Assembly (NCBI RefSeq): GCF_009914755.1
Contig: NC_060927.1
Source of the DNA: the human T2T-CHM13v2.0 reference genome, Homo sapiens
Strand: one strand, 5' to 3'
DNA length: 64,000 bases
Made by a program: the position numbers and the translations under genes. This document shows, piece by piece, positions 1-13,500 of the stretch; position 1 is the first letter of the stretch, and each line of letters starts with the position of its first letter. The notes beneath the pieces were generated by a model that saw only the letters and a list, made by a program, of their open reading frames with translations, was not told the origin of the DNA and searched no databases.

Positions 1-167
1 GATGAACTGTACCTAGATTGATGTATGCAATTAAAATCTTTCTAACCTATGTATCAAGAGAATTGTTTAAGCATTGAAGAGTTAATACGGGGAAATGAGT
101 TTCATTTAATGCACATAATTCCAGTGCTGTGAAAACATAGGGGGAAAAATCAATTGAGGTTCATATA

Positions 168-292
168 CAAAACAAACAAACAAACAAACAGAAAACCACA
201 CACACACATTCAGAGAAGTTATTTATTTATTTTGTATGTGTGTGTGAAAGACAGAGAGACAGAGAGAAATAGACAGAGAGAGAAAGAGAGAG
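168..292. repeat. Simple-repeat cluster: (AAAC)n, (CA)n and GA/GACA-rich tract
   Basis: Directly visible: caaaacaaacaaacaaacaaaca (168-190), (CA)6 at about 197-208, gacagagagacagagagaaatagacagagagagaaagagagag (about 249-292). Confidence 0.9.
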
Positions 293-1083
293 AATTAGAA
301 ATGATTGAATTAAAGTGATTTAAAAATCCTGAATCCAGCGTATGGTGTGTTGTGATGATAGATGTTGAATCGAAGTTTTGTCAAAAACAAAATGAACGTT
401 ATATAATAATAATAAAGATTTGAATCTATTCTGAGTTAGATGAAAAGAGTCAATGGCAGCAATAAAGGAAGAAAGAGAAAGAAAAAGTGAGAAAAGGGAG
501 GAAGGAGATAAAACAAAAAAAGTCAGACTCCAAGAAATGCTAGATTCGAGAAGGTAAGACGAAAGTTGACATACCTGAGCCTCAGCAGGTTACTGCTATT
601 GAAACGCTAATTAGCTAATTCAATTCTTTAGAGCTTTTACTTTTAAACCTTCCTATGCTTCTAGAAAATACACTTAATCTTTTAGGCAGTTAACAGAACA
701 CAGAGATGTTGAAGACCATATGAAAATCAGTGGAAGGGTCAAGCCTAGTCAGAAGTTCTCCTCAACCATATCTGCCCTCCAAATAATATATCATGAACCA
801 CTACTAGTGTTTGTATTGAAAATTCCTTCAGTATATATCCAGACAAATTCAGTAAAACAAATACAGGTAGTTGTTGCTTTACATGGCAGTGCAATACTAT
901 AAAAAGACCATGAAAGTTGAAATTGTGCAAAGAGATCTTAATAATCAATGGAGGAAATTATGACTGCTCTATGACCTTTAAGGACTTAGGTCGCAACATT
1001 ACAGTTTCTTACACTCTCTATTGTAAATGAAGAGGGATTTTCAGAAAAGCACTAAACACCAATATTTACTTAGTACCCTGTCA

Positions 1084-1645
1084 TTTATTTTGTTTTGTTT
1101 TGTTTAATATGCTTTAAATTCTGGGACACATGTGCAGAACGTGCAGGTTTGTTACATAAGTATACACGTACCATGGTGGTTTGCTGCACCCATCAACCAG
1201 TCACCTACATTAGGTATTTCTCCTAATGCTCTCCCTCCCCTTTCCCCCACCCCCGACAGGCTCCAGTGTGTGATGTTCCCCTCCCTGTGTCCATGTGTTC
1301 TCATTGTTCAGCTCCCACTTATGAGTGAGAACATCTGGTGTTTGGTTTTCTGTTCCTGTGTTAGTTTGCTGAGAATGATGGTTTCCAGCTTCATCCATGT
1401 CTCTGAAAAGGAGATGAACTCATTCTTTTTTATGGTTGTGTAGTATTCTATGGTATATATTTGCCACGTTTTCTTTGTCTAGTCTATCATTGATGGGTGT
1501 TTGGATTGGTTCCAACTCTTTGCTATTGTGAATAGTGCTGCAGTAAACATATGTGTGCATGTGTCTTTATAGCAGAATGATTTATAATCCTTTGGGTATA
1601 AACCCAGTAATGGGATTGCTGGGTCAAATGGTATTTCTGACTAGA
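1084..1645 (-). mobile_element. LINE-1 3' end, 5'-truncated (L1PA7/PA8-like)
   Basis: T-rich tail (tttattttgttttgttttg), then the reverse-complement L1 3'UTR 'ctgggacacatgtgcagaacgtgcaggtttgttacat...ccatggtggtttgctgcacccatcaacc', continuing into the ORF2 C-terminus up to 'gggtcaaatggtatttct'. Confidence 0.93.
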
Positions 1646-1689
1646 AATGTTGAGAATTAAAATGTTATTGCTTATAAGAAAATTAATCA

Positions 1690-2290
1690 ACAGTAGTTCA
1701 AATAGTACTTCTTTTTTTTTTTCCTTTTTGTTATAGTTTCTGATATGGAATGGGCATCTTTTCTATGTCTTTGTACATCATTATACTTTTTTCTGAGTTT
1801 GGATCAACTTCTAACAACTTATTCTTTTGTAAAGAAATGTCTGAGTTTTCCTGTAATGTCAAGTTTCAGAGCATCATTTCTTCTGGGATATCTTCATCAT
1901 TTTTGACACAACTTCTTCCCTCATTTATGTCAACAAGTTCATTTTCACAAAGTTCCTCTGGCTGTGTATCAGAGTCCCTCTGAAAAGTGAGAGTGTGAAC
2001 ATTCACACAGCAATTGCTTTCAAAACTCCATCTTTGTTTAATTTGAATTTCACTTCCAATATCATCACTTTTTGTTTCTTTACTGCATTTTGACTTTTGT
2101 TGATCAATTTCTTCTATCAGTTATCCATTTGTGCAAAATGGCATGTGGGTTATCGCTGGAGGACAAGGCGTCAACATAAATACCCAACTACTGTCTATGT
2201 ATGAACTGAATGATAGATGTACAGTAACCAATCACAGACAGACTTTGAAAGGGGTAACACGATGAATCATAGATCAATTTACTGGGACAC
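1690..2290 (-). mobile_element. Ancient TcMar-Tigger DNA transposon remnant (Tigger13a-like)
   Basis: The minus strand reads 'gaacttgttgacataaatgag...gatgaagatatcccagaagaa...gttagaagttgatccaaactcagaaaaaagtataatg...gacatagaaaagatgc', which resembles the Tigger13a consensus as I remember it. Boundaries are approximate. Confidence 0.5.
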
Positions 2291-2688
2291 AATAGTTACA
2301 ATAGAAAGTACCATATATCATTATGCCTTCCTTTACTTCCTTTCCATGCTTGGGTCCTAGGGATAAGGAACCCACTACTGCAGATTGGGCTCTGCACACT
2401 TGAAACTAGAATTGTGAAGGAGATAGCATGAGGTTTTCTTGAATCTTTTTAGATGACCAGTTACACTGGGTATACACACTTATTCTTGCAGAAAGGTGCC
2501 AAAAATTAAGGTCATAGCTAAGCAGGGCTCTCTAGAAGACTCAAGACAAAAACCAGTTCAGCACTACCCTCCTATCTTGGCATAAAGCCTTATAATGAAG
2601 GTGTTTTTGATTAATTAATTAATTAATTTATTTTGCATCTAAAAAGAGGAATGGTTCTCTTCTAAGGTCAGTAAATCAGTACTCTAAC

Positions 2689-2887
2689 CAGGGGCCTGTG
2701 GACTTTTTCTGGGTAAAGTTAGAGAGTAAATATTTTAGCTTTGTACCACATACAGCCTCTATGCCAACTCTTCAACTCTGCCCTTGCAGTGCAAAGCAGT
2801 CACGGACAATAGGTAAGTGAATGAGATTTTAGTTACACAAATACAGGAGACTGGATTTGGCCCACAGGTATGGTCTGCCCACCTCTG
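2689..2887 (+). mobile_element. MER58A hAT-Charlie DNA transposon
   Basis: Starts caggggc...ctttttct...gtaaatattttag, contains 'caactctgcccttgcagtgcaaagcagtcacggacaat', ends 'ctggatttggcccacagg...ctgcccacctctg'. This matches the MER58A layout. Confidence 0.82.
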
Positions 2888-3214
2888 ATCTCACTCATTA
2901 TCTCTGTGTATGTTGTACTTTTAGCTCTGTGATAAATGCCTTATAATTCTTCATATTGAAAAACAGATATCCCAGTTGCCTGAATAATACAATATATCCC
3001 AGTTGCCTAGAGTAATACAATGTATAGTAATACAATATAGCTAATACAATTAACTTTTCATAAACCCTAGTAGTCTATCATTAACAAGATTTTAAAAGGA
3101 CAAAAATCATACACACAGTGATAAATACGTAAAGGGGTATGTGTGTCTTTAAAATGACTTTATTCTCTGATAGAGAGTGTACATTCAAGAAAGAAGAGGG
3201 CATGAGCAGCATCC

Positions 3215-3350
3215 AATGATGCAACACTGTCCAGAAGATGACAAGTAAAAAAGGCCATTGGATTTGTCAATTAGCGAGTGATTGAGGACCTTCAAGAAAG
3301 CAGTTTCAGTAGAATCATTGGGGAGAAACTAAAATGCAAAATATTTAGGG
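3215..3350 (-). mobile_element. L2 fragment
   Basis: 'ggccattggatttgtcaattagcgagtgattgaggaccttcaagaaagcagtttcagtagaatcattggggag' is the typical antisense L2 3'-region motif. Confidence 0.65.
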
Positions 3351-4726
3351 CTGATAATAATGAGCTATACAAGCTCTTCTCATAAGAAATACAGGTTAAT
3401 TTTAAATGCATTCAACCGAAATATTATCTTTACTTAAACACACTTCCAGAATCACTTTAAAATACTTTAAATAAATGTATCACTAAAGTAGGTCTGTTTG
3501 CAGCATGATTTCTTTCTATTTGCATAAAGTTATTGATTAAATTTCCTATGCCACAGTTGAATTTAAAGCTGTGACCTGTGATCTCAAAATGACTTCCTGA
3601 CAATAATGATTAGAATGGCGGGTGAACAGCACAAATTTACTGAAATCTGTCTGTGGTAAAGTCAATGATTCTTTTTTCCAAAGACAGAATCCAGTTATAC
3701 ATTTTTTTAAAAAGACTTTCATTAACATATTTCCTTAATCTATTTCATTTTCTAGTCACAGTGTAAACATATGTTAAGCTTTTATAGTAATCCATAGAAG
3801 AAAGCAATAATAGTATTCATATTTAATTATTTTGTCATAACAATTGGCATTTTAACTTGAAGTATTAAGAAAGCACCTCAATAGAATAGAAAATAGTTAC
3901 AAACTTTGATTTATACTGTGCAGAAACACAAAATAGAATTTTCAACTTGAATATGGGAATACAAACAATTATAAAGAAACATTAAAACATTGTTCATTTT
4001 TTATCTTGCTTACAGTTCCTTTGTTCCAGTAAATATTTGCATTTTAAAAGTATTTGGTATTATTGAAGTCAATTTGATTACCTCATCCGGAAGGTACAGG
4101 CTTCCCATTTCTGCCACCCAAAATTCAAAAGTGAAAATGTTATCATATTTTGACTTTTGAGGTTGGAAAGGAATAATTATTTCTCTTTCTGCTCCCCCTG
4201 ATCCCTCCCCCAGCCTCCTAACTCTCCATTTTCACTCAGTACTATAGAATGTCACATGGTTGATTGAGTCCTGTTTTCTGAGTCTTCTAAATAAATTTAG
4301 TATAAATTTAATATAAACTTCATTTATAAACAAATTGAATATAAACTTTGCCTTTCTATGGGGAAAGAAATAATAGACTATAAAGATATATGATGGCAAT
4401 TTTATTCTTATTTGGAAACATTGTAGAATATTTCCAAGGAATTAAATTACACCTAAATATTTGTTCTTTGTGTCCTTTTATTCTTTAATGATTTAGTTAA
4501 GTGTTTGCAACATATTGGAATTGTGTAAGTAACTTGTGACTCAAAAATAAATAGATGACAGCTTCTATTATCTTTTAACACACATTTAGAGGGTGACAAT
4601 TTTTTTCTAAAACATGGTAAACCAATGTGATAAGTTAATTATTAGAGGTAGGAACAGATGTCTATGGGAGAATAGAGGATGAAGCCTAAATTTGTTCAGA
4701 CAACTTGACAGATTTCTAAAGTGTCT

Positions 4727-4846
4727 TTGTGTGTATATGTATACATATATATATATATTCTAATGTGTGTATGCATGTATATATACATATTTTCTGTGTG
4801 TGTATATATAGTGTATGTGTATGTATATGTATACATAGACTATATA
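4727..4846. repeat. TA/TG alternating low-complexity tract
   Basis: gtgtgtatatgtatacatatatatatat...gtatgtgtatgtatatgtatacata. Confidence 0.9.
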
Positions 4847-5422
4847 TTAATTTTAACTCCATTCAAGTGTATTTATTTGTTTTAAAGCCAGAAGAGCATT
4901 ACTCTTGCAGGATCCAACTTTTCCCCTCTGATTCCCTGGCATAACACCAGTACCTAAAGAAACACCGCACTAATCTACAAAAATAATGTGCACTGTTTCC
5001 CTATTGCTAACAGACTAAAAAGTTTGTACCTGAGAATAATAGGTGATTCCTTTGGCCATTATTGGTTAAGTCCACTCTCTTCAGCTTGCCAATGACAGGT
5101 GATGCTTTACATTACAATCAATTAATACTCTAAGATTCTTAGAAATGGACAAACCACTTTTTTCCTATTTTGGTTGTTTCTGAATAGTTACTACCTGTGT
5201 GGAAAAATTCAAAGTGCTAAACAGCAGTATCACTTTATGGCCTCATACCACACTGGAGCATGCCACAAGTTCCCAAGGCTGGTGACTCCTCCCTCTACTG
5301 ACAGGTACTACGAGAGATCTTCACACACTACAGACCTCAGTTACTAACACCTAAATACTAAGACCCATGGGATTTTCATTCTCTGTGTTCATGCCTAGTA
5401 CTTTGGTAAGATCCACACCAGG

Positions 5423-5450
5423 CACACATACACACACACATTAGAATACA

Positions 5451-5488
<38 letters not shown>
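5423..5488. repeat. Compound microsatellite (CA)n-(TG)n-(TA)15
   Basis: cacacatacacacacaca (5423-5440), tgtgtgtg, then uninterrupted TA from 5459 to 5488. Confidence 0.95.
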
Positions 5489-5491
<3 letters not shown>

Positions 5492-6339
5492 CTTAAAAGC
5501 AAGGCTGAGATTTCTGTATCAAGACAATTTCTCCAGACCACCCTCCTCCAATCTGAGTCAGAGTGATGACAGCCAACTGGCTAAGGCTGTGTGTAGAAAA
5601 GGATTTGTGTACCACAGAAAAAGAACTCCAAAATTACGAATCTTGAACTATATATGTGAGCTGCTATACAGCTGCTATCATCCCCTCTTGAGAGAAAAAG
5701 AGAAGATTTGTCTCTCAAATGTATCACAAGTTGGAAATGTAAACTGGAATTTGGAATGTATGTGCAAGTAAGCCTACAAGTTTTCATTCCCCTTTGAAGC
5801 AAAAGCACATAGCTCTAGGGAGATATATCTTTATATCTCTGAAATTGCTGTCTATTCAATTATGCTTTAACTTTCAAAGCATATCCTTTAACCCACTTTC
5901 CAGTTTTCTTTGCCTAGAATACCCTAGCATAGGGAAATATGAAAATATTTTCTCTATACTTCTACATGATTGAGGAAACGCTTTCTTGTAGAGATGGCAT
6001 TTGAACCTAGAAGGTTGGATACCTATGAATTTACCAAACAAAAGGTAAACCCATTCCTGGCAGAGGGAACAGAAGCACAACGGTTTGGCAGTAGGAAAGA
6101 ACATGGCAGAATTCACATCAATTGTTTAATAGCTGTTATTTCTGGGAAATGGAATGTTAGGATGAAGTGGAAGTTTAAGGATATCTTTTCAATTTTGCTC
6201 TACTTGAATCATCTGAATTATTTGCATAATAAACTTCAAGTAAAAACAACAACCAAAAACCACACAAAAAACAGTACACTGTCATCCAGGACACATACGT
6301 CACTGCATCAGGTATTAACTGAAGATGTAGCAGAAAAAC

Positions 6340-6935
6340 AAAAAGCCTATCATAGGTCATCAGAATTTATATGCCTTGCCCAGCAATTTGGACTTCATTC
6401 TATGGGTAGACAGATCTCCTGAAAGTTTTCCAGAAAGGAGTAATAAAATTGTGTTCACGTTTTAGAACCATTGCTCTGGCAGAACCAGAATGAATGGATG
6501 AAGATGAGGGGATTGGAAGCAAGGGGAGAAATTTAGAGTTTCAGTGCCAGATTGACATCTTCAAACAATAGTAGTGGGAATAGAGGGAAGGGCAAGCACC
6601 CAAGAGATATTAGGTAAAGCAAATCAACGAGCAGACCTCAGTGAGTGATGGGACATGAGAATCACTGGGACAGTGGGAGTCAGGAAAACTCCTTGGGTTC
6701 TCTTTTGGACAATTGGGTAGATGAGGGTGCCATTTACTCAAAAGGTCAATATAGATATTTTGTTTTTGGTTTTGAGTTGGAGAAGATAATGGATTTATTT
6801 TTTATATCCTAAATCTGAGCTCTCTATGAAGTACCTTGATGAAGATATCCAATAGTACCATGAAAAGGTTGGCATTAAACAGTCATTGAAAATTAGATAT
6901 GCATTCCCCAAGGGAGAATCTAGAGAAGAAGAGGG
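6340..6935 (-). mobile_element. L2 fragment
   Basis: Antisense L2 motifs 'tttggacttcattctatgggta', 'ttttagaaccattgctctggc', 'gacaattgggtagatgagggtgccatttact', 'gaagatatccaatag'. Confidence 0.65.
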
Positions 6936-6974
6936 AATACATATACATAAAAACACAGCTACCATTCACACAAC

Positions 6975-7330
6975 ATTTAAGATCTGAAGTTCTGCGGCTA
7001 TTGGCATTGGTTCAGCAGCTCAACAATGTCAGATTTAGTATCTCCATGTTTTTTGAGGCTGTGCCTTCATACTTGCCACCTCATTGTTCTTACAGATATC
7101 ACAGCCACTTTCACCACAGGAAGAAAGGGTAGGGATTTGTATCAGTCTTGTTCATCTCCTTTCATCAGGGAAGGAAAAGCTTCTTCAGAATCTCCAGAAG
7201 ATTTTCACTTGTATCTCACCGGCCAGAACTGTGTCACATATCAACACATACCTGTGAATGGAGCTGGAAAAGCACGTATTACTTGGACACATTATTGTCA
7301 GAACACAGGAAGGATTATGATGCCATAGAA
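6975..7330 (-). mobile_element. Old MaLR LTR (MLT1K/L-like)
   Basis: 'ggttcagcagctcaacaatgtc' and 'cacttgtatctcaccggccagaactgtgtcacat...gagctggaaaagc' are characteristic of antisense old MLT1 LTRs. Confidence 0.6.
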
Positions 7331-7837
7331 AAGGGGTGAGTGGTTATTTAGTAGGAACTTCAGGGGCTGGACAGGAGATTTGAAGCAGGAAAGTGAGTTC
7401 AGCAATGTTATATGCCATAGTGCTCATTACATCATCTGGATTTTCCAGAGCCAGGGTAATTAGTTTTCAGATTAAAATTAGTTTTCAGATTATTTCTTTA
7501 AAATGAAGTATATTTGCAAAAATAAAATCATTAAATAGTAAAAAATGTCAATACTGAAAGAGACCTGCTGTTAGAGGCCACACTGTCTATTGCAATGTGG
7601 GGCTGCCTCTCAGCCAATGAGAAGTATAACCAGACCACTTCCTTCTGCCAACAGCTCTTCTGAGGACATGGGATAGCAAAGGCTGCAGATCTCAACACAA
7701 CTTTAGAGGTAGGATTTTGAGGATAAAGAAAACAAGTAAAGAAAGGGGAGGGAGAGAGACACGTGGAGAGAAAGAGACATGGAGAGAGAGGACTAAGGAA
7801 AGTGGCTGAGGCCTGCCCCTCTTCCAAACACTTGTCC

Positions 7838-8144
<307 letters not shown>

Positions 8145-8294
8145 ATGTCCTATTCTCATATTCAGAAAAAGGCTAGGCTCAGCTAAGAAAAGATAAGAAG
8201 ACATTATTTAAACTAGTAGTAATTTGTTTGGCCAATTTCCAAGTTAATTACTACTTGACCCTACTGAAAACTGCCTTTTGGATTTGGTTATAGA

Positions 8295-8500
8295 ATGCCT
8301 TGGAGTTATGGAGACAGAAGTCAGAATACAGCAGGTTGAGAAGTAACTCGTCAAGGTAGGGAACTGAGACTGCTCTTTCTGATCTGGGCTTCGTGGGAAA
8401 AGAAAGGTGGATAGAGAATAATGAACTATTGAAGGATTACTTTTTTGTTTGTTTCTTTTGAAAATGTGAGCAACTTGATCGTATTTACAGACTTAGGGGA
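8295..8500 (-). mobile_element. L2 fragment (very degraded)
   Basis: 'ggagttatggagacagaagtcagaatacagcaggttgagaagt' resembles antisense L2. Confidence 0.45.
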
Positions 8501-8815
8501 GCTTAGAGAAATGAGCTAAAGATATAACAGATAAGATGCAATTAAAAGAGAGGAGAGCTGAACCCATCCTCAGACAGGATGATGCGATAGAAAGTGAGAA
8601 AAACCAGACAAAAGAAAGTAGTTCACGGCTAGCACTTTTCCTTCATTTATCTGTCATTTATCAATAATCTTTTACATTCTGTTTCCTGATATTGGGCTTT
8701 CAAAATTATAGAAAATACAATGGAATTGTAGATTTTGATTTTAAAATGGTTGACTGGTCCATAGAAAATTTAAGATTTATATTATTGCTATCGCTGCTTT
8801 TCCAAGTTTGACTAT

Positions 8816-9172
8816 CGTATTAGTCCATTCTCAAATGCTATGTAAAACTACCCAAGACTGGGAAATTTATAAAGAAAAGAGGTTTAGTTGACTCACATTT
8901 CTGCAGGATTAACAGGGAACATGACTAGGAAGTCTCAGGAAACTTATAACCATTGTGGAAAGCAAAGCGGAAGCAAGCATTTTCTTCATACAGCAGCAAC
9001 AGAGAGAAAGAGCGAAGGGGGAAGTGTCGCACACTTTTAAACCATCAGGAGAAGAGCAAGAGGGAAATCTGCCCCCATGAACAAACCACCTCCTACCAGG
9101 CCCCTCCCCTGACACGTGGGGATTACAACGAAACGTGAGATTTGGGTGGGTGCACAGAGCCAAACCGTACCA
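8816..9172 (-). mobile_element. THE1D-like MaLR solo LTR
   Basis: cgtattagtccattctc...aaagaaaagaggtttagttgactcac...cacacttttaaaccatcag...gagatttgggtgggtgcacagagccaaaccgtacca. 5-bp TSD actat (8811-8815) / actac (9173-9177). Confidence 0.92.
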
Positions 9173-9479
9173 ACTACGTTCATTGTATTTCACAATTATC
9201 TGTAATTCAGATTCCCGTCTTTAGGTGGATAGACAAAGGGAAAGGTGATTAGGCTCACTAGCTGGAAATAGAAATTTTAAGATAACGAAATCCATCCACA
9301 CATCTACATTAAGCACCTGTCAAATGGCAGGGACTGTGCAAGAACGCCTAACGTACAACAGAGTAGGGAAGCTTGCTAAGTCGACCGTCTAGAATGGTGC
9401 ACACTTAGATAGCCACACGGTGCTGGGCAAGAGTCAGTTTTCATCATGCACCATGCTGCTTCTCACTTACCTGTCATGA

Positions 9480-9750
9480 AAGCACTCTTTCTGGAATCTT
9501 TTTCTGCTTCACGCTTTGACCCCTTCGAAACTCCTATTGATTTTAACAGATTCAGTTTAAATGTCACTTCTTCCTGGGAGCCACGTTTTATGACTCCAAG
9601 CAATGCCAAGAGCTTCCTCCTTTCTCCAGTTGAGTGCCTTGTTCATATCTCTAACATGGCATTAATTCATTTGTCCTGATTATTTGTTAATGTCTATGTT
9701 ACCTCCAAGTAATGGCAGCTTCCAGAATATAGGAAGTTTCCTCAATTTAC
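9480..9750 (+). mobile_element. L2 3'-region fragment
   Basis: 'aactcctattgattttaacagattcagtttaaatgtcacttcttcctgggagcc' is a sense L2 motif. Confidence 0.55.
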
Positions 9751-10091
9751 TTTTATAATAAGGGGTTACCAAACTTTTTGGGAAAAAGAGTAGGCTTGCA
9801 TTAATACTTACTGATTGGCTATAAAAATGAATAAGAAAACACTTCTGTTTTTGCCTCTCATACCCTGAAAAATCTAACACATTTTAAAATTAGGTTTATA
9901 TATTAGTTCTTAAAAGATTTATTTGCACCCTTGCAGAAAGCAAATCAATAGATACAATCCTTACATAAGCTAGATCAAGTGGGTCCTTGTGATTTCTGTG
10001 TGCTCTTTTTACCAGGTGTGTTTTAGTGAAGAAAATTCATTTTATCTTTATCTTCTATAGTGTTATGGCCCAGGACTTGATCCTATATTTA

Positions 10092-10550
<459 letters not shown>

Positions 10551-13500
10551 TTATATTAGAATGATTTTACTAATCTTTTCCAATTTTTAAAGTAACTTTT
10601 TCACATTAATCTTCTGTAATGGCAACTTTTTAAAATAAATGATCATTGGATTCTTATTCACAACATGTTTCTAAAACTTATTTTCTGAGTTTCACAAGGA
10701 GTAAGGACATATCCAAGGCTCTGATATCTAAAATAATAAAACCAAATAAACTGTGCCATAAAGGCACTCAATAAGTTAATTGTCTTTTAAAAACTGACGT
10801 TTTTCCAAAATTGCCTGATTTGGAGCTACTTTCTAACATCATATTTGTAAACATCATATGGGATGAGTGTTCCAGCTAACAAGTTTTGGTAAAGTGCTTT
10901 ATTGCAATGCAAGAAGAAAATCTTCCAGGCAAATTTGACTTCTTAATTGAGAATTTCAAAATCTTTATGCCATTTTAAATTTGTTTATTTTAATGTTGCT
11001 TTGGATAATCAGATAAAGTACTTAATTATGATTCTTTGAATTAAAAGTCAAATAATTTCTTTCTAGTTTTAATCAGTGATTCCCATACAATGATTCCTTT
11101 ATGCATTTTAAAAAGATTTTTGTTGTTATCCTAAGATTTTTTTCTTAGTCACTTGGCTGTGTCTTCCCCCACTGATGAATTTTCTATGTTCATATTAATA
11201 AAATATTTCCGAGGAACTGTATTGGATGTAGTTTAATATTCAAATGAGTGTCAAATGTGGTTTGGTCAGAAATGAATAATTCACTTTTTAAAAACTTACT
11301 TTTGACTAACTAGCTCTCTCAGGATTAAGTACAGTGAGTATTAAACATAGTCTTAAGAAAAGCTGGTAAGTTTTTCTTGCATTAACTTGTTTGAACAAGA
11401 AAATTACCTCTTTGCTTTACATGTTTCTACTTCCAGTCACTTGGTAGGATTTAATTAGGCATCTTTATTCAACATTAACAACATGCTTTTAAGCGTACTT
11501 CTATTTTTAAGTAGTTTAGTAAGTTCTCAGTCATAACTATGAAGTACAGAGGAATTTCCATTCCATTGTAAGCCATTATTACTGGGAGGTAACATACATG
11601 AAGGAAAAAAACATGCTGGACTGCATTTAATTGGATGAAATCAGGGTAGTTTCTTAAGTAGTAAGTTTAGAACTGTGCATTTTAAAAGTAAAAAAAAAAA
11701 TGAGACTTCAGAAAATTATAGAAAACTGCATTTGAAAAAAACTGTACAGAAAACCGTAGTTAGTATGTTCAGAAATAGGGCGGCCTGCTTAAAGGAATGA
11801 AGTCTTTTAATACCTGTAGGTTTATTTTTGTTTTGTTTGATAGTATGAAACAATGGTCTTGTGTAGAAATCTTCCATACACTCCAAAATTAGGAGGAAAA
11901 TTTTGCCCATGTGCAGCGTATACATTTTCCTTTTTAACAACTAGATATAACCTTGAGCATAATAAACTCTCTCCAGAAGTGGTGTTGCTGGTGTTCATTG
12001 GGAGGGAATGAGATGAGGTCTTTGCTCCAAGAGTTAATTTTTCTAAGGGTGTGGAAAAGTAGATAATTACAGCTCAGGCGTGGACGGGTGGGATCTGTGT
12101 TTAAAAGTATCATTATTTACAATTGGTCTGAACTCATTGAACAACAAGGAAACTTTTGATAATAGCCAGGACTAAAGAGGAAGTTTAAACAAATTTCATT
12201 ATGACAAAGGAAATTGTGAGATTGACACATAGCAAAAGGCATCAATCAGAAAATACATTTGTGGAAAATGTTGTATATCCAGCTATGCTTCCCTTTCTTG
12301 AAACAGAAATCTTAAGGGAACAGAACATGACAGTGTTAGATAGTGACTAGGGGACCCCCATAACTCAGAATTTGGAGAGTAGTCTTTGCTGGACTCAACA
12401 CATTTCAGTTTTACAAAATTAACACCAGACTTAAGTAGGATAAAGATATACATTAAAATAGTACACAAATCTATTGCCAATAGCACTGACTCTGGGAACT
12501 TTTAAATAAATAATTCCATTGTAACAGATCAGTATCCGATGTGAAATATAGAGACTTACGGTTCTGCCACAGAGTCTATTAACTGTTCAAGACAGTCTGT
12601 TTTTCTTGTTAGTGCCCACCAAGTGTGTATTGAGTAAAGAAATAAGAGGAGTAACTTCTCATCCTGTAAACCTTAATTTGCAACAGGTGACCCCAAGCTC
12701 ATAAACATTATTTCTTTCATTTTGATACCAGCCTAGAAACATTTTAAGCTTTTGATCTATTTATTGTAAATTATGGGATGCAATGCCACTTTGTATTTGC
12801 ACAATGATTAGGGATAAAATAGGTTTTCCAAACTATAATTAGACACAGAGAAAGAGGTCTTTTTCCTCTTCCATCTCGTAAATAATTAGAGACCCAAACC
12901 CACATTAATAGGTGTTCCCACAGGATCTTATTTTAATCTCTGGCAAACAACTTGCTCAAATTCTAAGGAAAAAAGTTAATAATCTTCCAGGTATTAATAC
13001 TTCATGATATGCTTTTGTTACGAAGAATACCACCACCACTAACATCAACAAAACAAAACAAAAACCCTGTATGACTATCATTAAAATACACATTCAACAA
13101 AGATGGACTCAGTTTTATACTTCAGAATTGTGGGAGACAGAAAAATGAAAATCTTAAAGGCTGGCCTTTTTCAGGTGCAGTCTAGCTCAGTAGCAGAGAC
13201 AGTACAGGACTTAACAGTTCTCAAAGCATTTCCTTTTGTTCTTGTTGTATCACTTACACCTAATAGCATTTGAACAAGAATCTTGGTCCATGGTCTGTAA
13301 TGTGATGCAATGCGAGAATGCTAAATGTGTGTCATGTGGAAAGCATCTGATGTTGTGTTGTGCATTGCAATAAACTACTAAAGGTCAGAGCCATGAGAAT
13401 GAAAGAAACCAAAATCTATAATTATTGGCATTTGTGGGAATTGTTCTAAGAACATTTAGCCATTTCAATCCAATTTTCTTTCTTTATGGGCCTTAACAAA

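Noticed and set aside
5050-5425. Block that looked like a possible retrocopied 3'UTR or other dispersed multi-copy sequence
   Set aside because: I find no poly(A), TSD or ORF and cannot name a source. A BLAT search for paralogues would settle it.
5970-6422. 150-aa ORF
   Set aside because: TTG start, no recognisable domain, low-complexity K/T/N stretch, and it runs into an L2 fragment. The length is compatible with chance in 64 kb.
9462-9473. Perfect CAG|GTAAGT donor on the - strand
   Set aside because: About one such 9-mer is expected by chance in a window this size, and the upstream sequence is L2-derived with no convincing exon.
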